Positions 1-8,230 of a stretch of DNA of 64,000 nt are shown here, piece by piece. A program made the position numbers and the translations under genes. Source of the stretch: Bacilli bacterium (GTDB taxonomy: Bacteria > Bacillota_I > Bacilli_A > RF39 > UBA660). Where the stretch lies: positions 34,106 to 98,105 of the forward strand of contig JAFSVF010000015.1 in assembly GCA_017450205.1 (NCBI GenBank), written 5' to 3'. Every line of letters begins with the position of its first letter. Positions within the stretch are counted from its first letter, which is position 1. The notes under the pieces are model-generated. The model did not search any database. It was not told the DNA's origin and worked only from the letters and a program-made list of their open reading frames with translations.

Positions 1-200
1 TCAATAAATATAACTATTTCAAGTACACCCTCAATATGCTTTGTAATATTATTTACATTATATGAAGCAATTAAAGCAATTGCGACAATTACTAATGTAA
101 TAGCAATACAAGAAATAGATGCAATTGATAAAGAAAAATTTCTAAATACACTTTTAAATGCATCTTTAATTCCTTTTCCTATTATTCTAATTATCTTCAT
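1..200 (-). CDS. ftsX: Cell-division ABC transporter permease FtsX, N-terminal part (gene runs off the left edge of the window)
   Basis: ATG at 198-200 (minus) overlaps the ftsE stop by 14 nt. My translation is MKIIRIIGKGIKDAFKSVFRNFSLSIASISCIAITLVIVAIALIASYNVNNITKHIEGVLEIVIFI: basic N-terminus, TM1, then the start of the extracellular loop, as in FtsX. Gene order is ftsE-ftsX. Confidence 0.7.
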   Translation of the reverse strand, partial: MKIIRIIGKGIKDAFKSVFRNFSLSIASISCIAITLVIVAIALIASYNVNNITKHIEGVLEIVIFI

Positions 201-900
201 TTTCTATGTATCCTCCAGCTTCTTTATCTGATATTAATACACCATCATGTAAACAAATAACTCTCTTTTTCATTCTATTAACTATTTCTTTATCATGAGT
301 TGCCATTATTATTGTTGAACCTAATTCTTGATTAATCTTTTCAATAAAATCCATAACTTCTCTTGAAAGCTTAGGATCCAAGTCTCCGGTAGGTTCATCA
401 CAAATAATTAACTTTGGTTCATTAACAATTGCTCTTGCAAGACCAACTCTTTGTTGTTCTCCACCAGATAATTCATTTGGAAATGAATGCATTCTTTCTT
501 TTAAACCGACTCTTTCTAAAGCAGTTAATACTTTTTCTCTTATTTCTCCTCTAGACATACCATATGTTTCAAGTGGATAAGCAACATTTTCATATACAGT
601 TAACTTAGGTAATAATTTAAAGTCTTGAAATACTACTCCAATTTTTCTTCTTAATTTATATACATTACCATTTCTTAACTTAGAAACATTAACTCCACCT
701 ACTAAAACTTCTCCTCTATTAGGACGTTCTTCTCTATATAGAAGTTTAGTTAAAGTAGATTTACCTGAACCTGATTGTCCAATAATGAATACAAATTCAC
801 CTTTTTTTATAGTTAGGTTTAAATCAGCTAATGCTGAAACACCATTTTTATATACTTTATATACGTTTTTAAATTCAATAAAATCCATATTATTTATCAC
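187..900 (-). CDS. ftsE: Cell-division ABC transporter ATP-binding protein FtsE
   Basis: 237 aa. Walker A GQSGSGKST, ABC signature LSGGEQQR, Walker B LIICDEPTGDLD, H-loop ATHD. Followed directly by ftsX. Confidence 0.95.
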   Translation of the reverse strand: MINNMDFIEFKNVYKVYKNGVSALADLNLTIKKGEFVFIIGQSGSGKSTLTKLLYREERPNRGEVLVGGVNVSKLRNGNVYKLRRKIGVVFQDFKLLPKLTVYENVAYPLETYGMSRGEIREKVLTALERVGLKERMHSFPNELSGGEQQRVGLARAIVNEPKLIICDEPTGDLDPKLSREVMDFIEKINQELGSTIIMATHDKEIVNRMKKRVICLHDGVLISDKEAGGYIENEDN

Positions 901-950
901 CTTTACTTATGTAAGTATATCATAAACAAGCCTAAACCTCTATAAATTAG

Positions 951-980
951 AAAAAAGAAGAATTAAAATATAATTCTTCT
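951..980 (-). terminator. Rho-independent terminator after rmuC
   Basis: Hairpin agaagaatta (956-965) pairs with taattcttct (971-980). The A-run 951-955 on plus gives a U-run on the minus-strand RNA, directly after the rmuC stop at 981. Confidence 0.55.
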
Positions 981-2063
981 TTACATATTTTCATCATTAT
1001 AATCAAGTGCTTTAACATCAGCATTACTAATTTTTTCAAAACGATTAGTAATCTTTTCTGTAGTAGTATTAATCTCTTTGACTTCTCTAGATACAGAATC
1101 AATACTATTATTTAACTTAGCCCATCTTTCTTTATAACGTTTAAACTCAATACCAAGTTTATTCAATTCTTCATGAATAACTTCAGTATATTTATTTCTT
1201 TCAATATTCTTAAGAATCATACCAATTGTAGAAAGTGTAGCCATTAATGTAGTTGGACCACAAATCCACACATTTTTAGTATAAGCATACTTAAGTAAAT
1301 CTTCATGATATGCATTTAACTCAGCAAATACAGCTTCAGCTGGTAAAAACATAATAGCTTGTTTAGAAGTTTCACCTTCAATAATATACTTAGAACTTAT
1401 TGCATCTATATGCTTTTTAACATCTTGTTTAAATTTTCTAAAAGCTTCTTCTCTTAAAGATTTATCTAAACTTCTATCAGTCATTCTCTCATAATTTTCT
1501 AAAGGAAACTTAGAATCAATTGCAATCGTACCTAAAGGTTCAGGTGCATAAAGAATAGAATCCGCAATTGATCCATTACTCATCTTATGTTGTAAATCAT
1601 ATATTTCTTTCTTTTCACCAAAAATTGAAGTAAGAATATAATTTAAGTTTATTTCACCAAAAGTACCTCTAGTCTTTTTATCAGTTAATACACTTTGAAG
1701 GCTAATAATATCTTTAGATAAAAGATCAATATTCTTTTGAGCTTCATCAATCTTAGATAAACGTTCTAAGATATTAGCAAAAGTCTTATTAGTTTTTTCT
1801 AAAGATACATCTAATCTTTGATTAACTTTTTCATTTATAACATCTAATCTATTTTCAATTCTATCACTTATCTTATCAAAATCATTTGATAAACTTTTTG
1901 AAAAGTCATATTTAAAACTACCAATTTCTTTAGTTATATCTCTACGTAATTCCATAATATCTTTTAAGATATCATTATTATTTTGTTTTCTAGTTAAAAG
2001 AATAATATTTAATATAATTACAATAGATGTAAGTATTATAAGAACAATTAATAATGTATTCAT
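981..2063 (-). CDS. rmuC: DNA recombination protein RmuC
   Basis: 360 aa. N-terminal TM helix, long coiled coil, C-terminal RmuC-type domain (GTIAIDSKFPLENY, AIMFLPAEAVF, CGPTTLMATL). Confidence 0.8.
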   Translation of the reverse strand: MNTLLIVLIILTSIVIILNIILLTRKQNNNDILKDIMELRRDITKEIGSFKYDFSKSLSNDFDKISDRIENRLDVINEKVNQRLDVSLEKTNKTFANILERLSKIDEAQKNIDLLSKDIISLQSVLTDKKTRGTFGEINLNYILTSIFGEKKEIYDLQHKMSNGSIADSILYAPEPLGTIAIDSKFPLENYERMTDRSLDKSLREEAFRKFKQDVKKHIDAISSKYIIEGETSKQAIMFLPAEAVFAELNAYHEDLLKYAYTKNVWICGPTTLMATLSTIGMILKNIERNKYTEVIHEELNKLGIEFKRYKERWAKLNNSIDSVSREVKEINTTTEKITNRFEKISNADVKALDYNDENM

Positions 2064-2072
2064 AAATTCCTC

Positions 2073-2657
2073 CTATATATATTTCTTAGTTATCTTATTA
2101 GCAATTAAACTTAATACATAAGCACCAATAAATGCTACTATTATTTTTACAATTGCTATTGGATCATGAAACACATCTTTAACATTAGTACCCACAAATA
2201 CAATAAAATAAATCATACAAAATTTACCAATTATCATACTTGCTAAATACTTTTTAAAATTCATATTAGAAAGTCCAGAACCAATATTTATTACAAAAGA
2301 TGGTGTAAATGGACAAGCAATTATTAAAGATAATCCAGATAAACTAATCTTATTTAATCCCTTACTTAGCGATTTAACAATTTTATATTTAGGATGCTTA
2401 TCTAAATATAAAAATACTTTTTCTTTAAATACTTTTCTTGATAACATAAATACAAAAATACCACCAAGAATAGTTGCAACTGAACTTAATATAAAACCTA
2501 AAAGTGTTCCAAAAATAGTAATATTAACAATTACAAAAGCAATTAATGGTAATACTGGAAAAATAGCCTCAACAATAATTAAAAGAACACTAACAATTCC
2601 GCCAATTAGTCCAAGAGAATATATAAAATTAATAATATCATTAATTATCACTTCCAT
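2073..2657 (-). CDS. TVP38/TMEM64 (DedA/SNARE-associated) family membrane protein
   Basis: 194 aa, 5-6 hydrophobic helices, with family-like segments FPVLPLIAF and CPFTPSFVINIGSGLS. Confidence 0.65.
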   Translation of the reverse strand: MEVIINDIINFIYSLGLIGGIVSVLLIIVEAIFPVLPLIAFVIVNITIFGTLLGFILSSVATILGGIFVFMLSRKVFKEKVFLYLDKHPKYKIVKSLSKGLNKISLSGLSLIIACPFTPSFVINIGSGLSNMNFKKYLASMIIGKFCMIYFIVFVGTNVKDVFHDPIAIVKIIVAFIGAYVLSLIANKITKKYI

Positions 2658-2683
2658 ATTTCATCACTCTATAATTATAACAT

Positions 2684-2712
2684 AAAAAAGATGAAGAATT
2701 TTATTCTTCATC
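2684..2712 (-). terminator. Rho-independent terminator overlapping the end of the coupling-protein gene
   Basis: Stem gatgaagaa (2690-2698) pairs with ttcttcatc (2704-2712), 5-nt loop. The A-run 2684-2689 on plus gives a U-run on the RNA. Confidence 0.5.
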
Positions 2713-5181
2713 AAAGAAATCGTCAAAGAACTCATCATCAGAAACATAATTATAAGGGTTTTCCTTAGGTTTAACAGGTGTTTCTGCTGGTTTAGATTCA
2801 CTTACTGGTTTTACAGTAGTTGATTCTACTTTGTTCATTGAATCAATTGTCATTTGTTTAGTCGGATCAATTATACCAGTTAATGGTTTATTAATAATTG
2901 GTTCACTTGGGAACTCAGGAGCCTTAGTTGTTTCATCAATTGGATTAGTAACCATTGGTTTTGGTTCAGGTTCACTAGATCCAGAACTTGCACTAGCTAA
3001 AATATCACTAAATGAAGCAACGTTTGATGGAGGTAACTTCTTATCATCCGGTGTTTCTAAATCATCTTTTGGAACAGATGGTAAATCTTTAGCACCAGCA
3101 TTATCAATTGTTGGATTAAGTTTATTTGATTCTTTTGCACGATTTTCAGCTTCTTCTTCAGCCTCAAGTTCAGCAATTTTAGCATCAATCTTCTTCATTA
3201 ATTCTTCAATATTTATTCCTTGAGGTCTAGGAGGTTGTGGTCTTGCATCTCTTTGTCCTCTTAGCATATCTTCAAACGATGATGGACCTGATGATTGTGG
3301 TCTTGATTGAGGCATTCCTCCCATACCACCAGGTATTCCAGAAGACATTCCACCACCAGGGAAAGCGCCACCCATTAATTGAGCAAATGGATTACTTCCA
3401 CCCATTTGGCCAAGAGGCATTCCACCTGGACCTTTAGGACCCATCTTATTATTAATTTTAGATTTCATTCTTAAATTAACAAACTCTTTAATTTGGAAAA
3501 CTTGAATTGGTCTCTTTTCTCTTGTAAAGAATTCAGCCTCTTCGTATTTTTCATCACCCCAATCAATATTAAATGCTTGTTTAAATTTAGTTTTAAACGG
3601 ATGCATTCTTGATCTTAAAACGATAACTTCATTCATTTGTAATTTTTGTAAATCTGCAACAGTAATTAATGGATGAGATTCACTCTTATCATCCTTTTTA
3701 CTCTTAACTTCACCACATAATTTAGAAATTTCTTCTAGAGCTGAAAGTTCAGTTGTTAAAAGATAAATTAAGTTACCACAGTTTGAACGAATTGTTTCAG
3801 CATCATCTTTACCATATACATCATTTAATTGAGCAAAGTTTTGAATAATAAATGTAAATCTAATTTGTCTTGAACGTGCAGCAGTAACCATTGTTGTAAC
3901 GTCTTTAAGCGCAGGCATGTTAGCAAACTCATCTAGTAAGAAGTTTGTTCTGACTGGAAGTGGTCCACCATTTGCTTGAGCAACATCAATTAAAGTTTCA
4001 TAAGCTTGTTTAATAAAAATTGTAGCAAGTGCATGATATGTTGTTTTTTCATCATGAATTATGATAAATACTGCTGTAGGTTTCTTACCAATATCAGCCA
4101 TATCAAAGTCACTATAAGATAACATTTCTGATAAGTTTTCACGAGATGCGAATACACGAATCTTTTGACGGAATGTAGAAAGAATACCACCTTTAGTTTC
4201 AGTTGGAGAATTTATTGTATTTGAAGCAAATACGTAAGCAGAAGATTCTTCACCTTTCATATTAAAGTATTCTTTAATATAGTTAGAACCAGCTCCAAAT
4301 TTATCTTCACCAACAGTAGTCATTACATTAATTGAACTAATATTACATTCTTCTTCTTTTGCATCTTGCATTAAACCAAGAGCACAACCAGAGAAATAGT
4401 CTCCAGCACTATCTTGCCAGAATGGATCTTGGGCATCTTTATCTTTAACGATATTTTTACCAATATCATCTACTAATTCAATTGCTTTATCTACATTACC
4501 TTCTTTATATAATCTATAAGGTAAAGATAATGGATTCCATGAATTACCTTGTCCAGGTTCACGGAAATTTAAAACTACTATATCATAACCTCTAGCCTTT
4601 AAGTGATTAGTATGTCTTTTATATAATTCACCCTTAGGGTCAGTCATAATCATAGATTCTTTATGTTTCATTAAACTATATATTAATGGATCAATAACAG
4701 CAGATGTTTTACCTGAACCAGTAATACCAATTACTAGTGTATGGTTTTCACTATTATCTACCCACATATTTTTACCATCATTAATTAAAACTGCACCAGC
4801 AGCAGGAGCATCAGGATCTTTAACTCCAACTTCAACAATTTTAAAGCCTTTTTTCATTTCTTTTTCTTTTAACCATCTAGAATATCCTTTTGATTCTTTT
4901 TCACCAAAAGATAAACCAAAACCTGATTCGGACTCAAAGATTTTAGATTCTACAGAGGCAAAAATAAATATTTCAATACCAAAGAAAATCATTAAAGTAA
5001 ATAAAATATGTGATAATTCAAAACCTGATAAAAAGTTTATAGTTGCTCCTTCTTCATTTATTAAACTAAAAATATTAGCTACAGTTAATGAACTTAGAAA
5101 AAGCAATACAATACTAAAAGCTATAAATTTAGCAAAATCGGCACCTCTTACTCTGAATTTCACAATATCTCCTTCTTTCAT
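2701..5181 (-). CDS. Type IV secretion coupling protein (VirD4/TraG/TcpA-like ATPase) with a long disordered C-terminal tail
   Basis: 826 aa. N-terminal TM helices, Walker A VIGITGSGKTSAV, Walker B NFLLDEFANMP, then ~250 aa of low complexity. The ATG at 5181 has no SD. The GTG at 5163 is preceded by GAAGGAG and is an alternative start. Confidence 0.85.
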   Translation of the reverse strand: MKEGDIVKFRVRGADFAKFIAFSIVLLFLSSLTVANIFSLINEEGATINFLSGFELSHILFTLMIFFGIEIFIFASVESKIFESESGFGLSFGEKESKGYSRWLKEKEMKKGFKIVEVGVKDPDAPAAGAVLINDGKNMWVDNSENHTLVIGITGSGKTSAVIDPLIYSLMKHKESMIMTDPKGELYKRHTNHLKARGYDIVVLNFREPGQGNSWNPLSLPYRLYKEGNVDKAIELVDDIGKNIVKDKDAQDPFWQDSAGDYFSGCALGLMQDAKEEECNISSINVMTTVGEDKFGAGSNYIKEYFNMKGEESSAYVFASNTINSPTETKGGILSTFRQKIRVFASRENLSEMLSYSDFDMADIGKKPTAVFIIIHDEKTTYHALATIFIKQAYETLIDVAQANGGPLPVRTNFLLDEFANMPALKDVTTMVTAARSRQIRFTFIIQNFAQLNDVYGKDDAETIRSNCGNLIYLLTTELSALEEISKLCGEVKSKKDDKSESHPLITVADLQKLQMNEVIVLRSRMHPFKTKFKQAFNIDWGDEKYEEAEFFTREKRPIQVFQIKEFVNLRMKSKINNKMGPKGPGGMPLGQMGGSNPFAQLMGGAFPGGGMSSGIPGGMGGMPQSRPQSSGPSSFEDMLRGQRDARPQPPRPQGINIEELMKKIDAKIAELEAEEEAENRAKESNKLNPTIDNAGAKDLPSVPKDDLETPDDKKLPPSNVASFSDILASASSGSSEPEPKPMVTNPIDETTKAPEFPSEPIINKPLTGIIDPTKQMTIDSMNKVESTTVKPVSESKPAETPVKPKENPYNYVSDDEFFDDFFDEE

Positions 5182-5258
5182 GTCATAGTATAATATAAAT
5201 AATATAAATTATCTATAATTAAATACACTTTTGATGCAAACTTTCATTTGCATTCACT

Positions 5259-5289
5259 ACTATACACCTCCATTTAACTGGAGAGTCAA
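5259..5289 (-). promoter_or_regulatory. MerR-type promoter/operator upstream of the coupling-protein gene
   Basis: The minus strand reads TTGACT (5289-5284), a 19-nt spacer CTCCAGTTAAATGGAGGTG, then TATAGT (5264-5259). The spacer holds a 15/16 palindrome CTCCAGTT/AAATGGAG. It is nearly identical to the promoter at 45652-45682. Confidence 0.5.
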
Positions 5290-5300
5290 ATAATTTTTCT

Positions 5301-5840
5301 TTAATACATTTTAGAAGCTCTTAAAGCTTTTATTAAAAATATCAATACTACTATTACTAAAATAATAACAACTAAGGCAACAATCATATATGATATCAAT
5401 TTTTTTGTTTCCTTATTTTCATTATTTTCTTCTTGTTCTTCTTCATCATTATTAATAACAGTTGTTACAGTCGTAGTAGTTAGAGAAGTATCAAATACAC
5501 TAAATTTAACTACTACTAAATCTTTACTAGTTGTTTTAGAACAATCAATTCTATATCTTCCAACACTGTCAGCTACACCATTTACATCAACTGTTCCATA
5601 TATAAAATTAACTTCATCATCATTAGGAAAATCACTAACTCTTAATTTAAAATCGTTACTTTTATTTAAAGTATATTCTTCGAATCCAGATTCTGATGTA
5701 GATGAATCAAATACAACTGTTAAAGAAGTTATATTATCTTTAATACGAGAATCAATCATAGCACTCATACTAACAGTTTTAGCAAAAGTACAAGCAGGAA
5801 ATAAGAAAAATAAACTAATAAAAATAATAATCTTTTTCAT
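5301..5840 (-). CDS. Surface-exposed type I membrane protein of unknown function (last gene of the T4SS channel operon)
   Basis: 179 aa. Signal peptide (FPACTFA then K), Thr-rich and acidic stalk, C-terminal TM anchor with a basic tail. Confidence 0.45.
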   Translation of the reverse strand: MKKIIIFISLFFLFPACTFAKTVSMSAMIDSRIKDNITSLTVVFDSSTSESGFEEYTLNKSNDFKLRVSDFPNDDEVNFIYGTVDVNGVADSVGRYRIDCSKTTSKDLVVVKFSVFDTSLTTTTVTTVINNDEEEQEENNENKETKKLISYMIVALVVIILVIVVLIFLIKALRASKMY

Positions 5841-5852
5841 ATATTTTCCTTT

Positions 5853-7160
5853 CTAAATTCCTTTATAAGAATAAAATCTCATATATACGTTTTTACTAGA
5901 ATAACTACTTACGATTATACCAGTTTTCTTACTACTTGCATGTACCCAAGTATTATTTCCTAAATATATTGCAGTATGTCCTTCACCATTTGCTCTTCTA
6001 ACTCCAACATCTCCCGGAGTCATTGTATCAAAAGTTCTAGAATCGAACCAATTACCACTATTACTATAAATAGTAGCAGTCGTACCAAAACCTGGATTAG
6101 AACCTAAACCTGTCCAGTATGCCCAGTTAACAAAAGAAGAACAGTCAAGACCAGTTGCAGGAATACCAGATAAACCAGGTCCTGTTGCATGACTACCATA
6201 TGTATATGGTAATCCAACAGCAGATAAAGCAGTCAAAATTATAGTACGTCTTGTTTGAGATAATACATTCCATCCAGGAATATTACTTGTAATCTTATCA
6301 ATCTCTTCTTGTGTTAATCTATGTCCACTAAATATTGGTGTACCACCACCACCAGGATTGTCATTATCGTCATCATCTTCATCATCTGTAGTTTCCCACT
6401 CATAATTATAAGTGTTCTCATAAATTTGATTTGAAGATGTATCATTTTCATCACTAATTGATGAAGAAACAACAAGTAAAAGCATAACTACAAAAATAAG
6501 GAAAAAAGAAGAAAACATTGCACCTATAATAATTCTATTTCTTAGTTTTTTCCTTCCCTCATTTACTTGTTTTAATCCTTCAGAGGCATCTGATAAGTTT
6601 CCATTCTTTAAACCTGATAAAGCTTTTGTACCACCTTCAATTGCATCATCTACTCCAACCTTTTCAAGTTCATCAGCAACCTTTTTAACAGCATCTCCTG
6701 CTACTCCTGAATTTTCAACAGTATTACTTACAACACCAACAAGTTTTTGACCTACTCGTGATTTTTCAATATTATCAGCAGCTTCAAGACCTTTAGTTCC
6801 TCCAAAATAAGCACCAGCTACTCTACCAACATTATTTGTAAGTCTAGCAACAGAATCCTGTTTAACTTTTCCATCTTCTCCAATTTCCATACCAGGAGCA
6901 ATTTTATCCCCAGGTTTATATCCAGGAACTTCATTTCCATTTTCATCAACTTGTGGCTCACCAGCTACTTGTTGACCAACTTGTGGTTGACCATCAGTAA
7001 TACCTAACTTGTCACTAACACTATCAATTGCATTTACTCCTTGATTGATAGCTTCAAGTTTAGGATTTCCACCACCAGATGGAGTTATACCTCCAACTGG
7101 ATTATTTTGTTGAGGTAATGTACTATTACCTGTAACTTGTGGAGTCTCATTCATAATCAT
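5853..7160 (-). CDS. Membrane-anchored NlpC/P60 peptidoglycan hydrolase (T4SS-associated)
   Basis: 435 aa. ~210-aa Gly/Val/Gln-rich N-domain, one TM helix, C-terminal NlpC/P60 motifs (GLPYTYG, GLDCSSFVNWAY, GHTAIYLG, VHASS). Confidence 0.8.
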   Translation of the reverse strand: MIMNETPQVTGNSTLPQQNNPVGGITPSGGGNPKLEAINQGVNAIDSVSDKLGITDGQPQVGQQVAGEPQVDENGNEVPGYKPGDKIAPGMEIGEDGKVKQDSVARLTNNVGRVAGAYFGGTKGLEAADNIEKSRVGQKLVGVVSNTVENSGVAGDAVKKVADELEKVGVDDAIEGGTKALSGLKNGNLSDASEGLKQVNEGRKKLRNRIIIGAMFSSFFLIFVVMLLLVVSSSISDENDTSSNQIYENTYNYEWETTDDEDDDDNDNPGGGGTPIFSGHRLTQEEIDKITSNIPGWNVLSQTRRTIILTALSAVGLPYTYGSHATGPGLSGIPATGLDCSSFVNWAYWTGLGSNPGFGTTATIYSNSGNWFDSRTFDTMTPGDVGVRRANGEGHTAIYLGNNTWVHASSKKTGIIVSSYSSKNVYMRFYSYKGI

Positions 7161-7173
7161 TACCTCCCTTTCT

Positions 7174-7701
7174 TTAAATTTGTCCCATAAAAGTTATTCT
7201 ATAATCATTTATACCATTTGCTACTAATTTAAATTCTATTCCTTCATTAGTAAGAATAACTATTATATTTCTATCAACTTTATAAGATTCAACCGTACTT
7301 TTTAAAACTTTCGAAGATCTTAATTTAGTTAACATATTTATTGCATCTTCTCTAGAAGTATATTTATTCTTCATTTTATTATCCATTAAATCATATAATT
7401 TCCCAGGATCTTTATCCCACATTTCAACTAATTTTTTTAAATAGAATTCCGCTAAATCTTGATCACTTTTTTCTATAATTTTATATTCATTAGCTTCATA
7501 TGTTTTTATAATATCAGGTGCTTGATCTAATGGTCCATTTTCTAATTCCGTTGAATTAATTCTTGCATTTCTAATACTATTATAAATAATTAATGATAAA
7601 AAACCAAAAACTACAACAAAGAATACTAAAAACAAAAGTGCATTTTCTTTAAAAAACTCTTTTAATCCATTATTTTCCATTAGCCACCTCACTGTATTCA
7701 T
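7174..7701 (-). CDS. N-anchored small protein, unknown function (candidate VirB8/TcpC-like scaffold by position only)
   Basis: 175 aa in the track. The likely start is Met8 at 7680, preceded by GAGGTG. Single N-terminal TM helix, then a ~130-aa soluble domain. Confidence 0.4.
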   Translation of the reverse strand: MNTVRWLMENNGLKEFFKENALLFLVFFVVVFGFLSLIIYNSIRNARINSTELENGPLDQAPDIIKTYEANEYKIIEKSDQDLAEFYLKKLVEMWDKDPGKLYDLMDNKMKNKYTSREDAINMLTKLRSSKVLKSTVESYKVDRNIIVILTNEGIEFKLVANGINDYRITFMGQI

Positions 7702-8230
7702 TTTCTACGATTGGTCTAATACTAAAATGGAATGTATTTCCATCTAAAATAACTTTTAAATATTCATTTTTATAAAATTCACCTGTTAAAGAATTTATTA
7801 ATTTTCCATCAACATAAAATGTCATAATTCCTTTATTAGATTTTACATACATTTTATTTGGTTGGAAAGATAACAAACTATCACTAACATACAAATAATT
7901 TTTAATATTACTTGAATTAATATTATTTTTATTAACATATTCTTCATCCAATATTTTAATAGCCGAATCATAATCTTTCATATTAACAAATGAATAAAAT
8001 TTTTCAATCGCAGTTGAAACAGTAGAATATCTACTAAAATCATCAACAATTTTATAACTTGCTTCACTAGAAGAATTCTTATCAAAAAGCTTTCTTAATC
8101 CATTAGACATTGGAAAAAAGAAATTAACAATTATTATTAAACCAATAATTACTAATAATCCAATTCCCCAATATGTTAATACTTTTTTTTCTTGTTTTGT
8201 AATACCTAATTTACTAGCCATAAATATCAC
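7670..8230 (-). CDS. N-anchored small protein, unknown function (candidate VirB8/TcpC-like scaffold by position only)
   Basis: 186 aa. N-terminal TM helix (LLVIIGLIIIVNFFF), then a soluble domain. No motif recognised. Confidence 0.4.
   Translation of the reverse strand: MIFMASKLGITKQEKKVLTYWGIGLLVIIGLIIIVNFFFPMSNGLRKLFDKNSSSEASYKIVDDFSRYSTVSTAIEKFYSFVNMKDYDSAIKILDEEYVNKNNINSSNIKNYLYVSDSLLSFQPNKMYVKSNKGIMTFYVDGKLINSLTGEFYKNEYLKVILDGNTFHFSIRPIVENEYSEVANGK

Noticed and set aside
2831-3437. Two plus-strand ORFs (130 and 66 aa) inside the coupling-protein gene
   Set aside because: They lie antisense to the low-complexity tail of a well-supported minus-strand gene. Their translations are low-complexity mirror images (Ser/Gly/Ile-rich) with no SD, so they are shadow ORFs.
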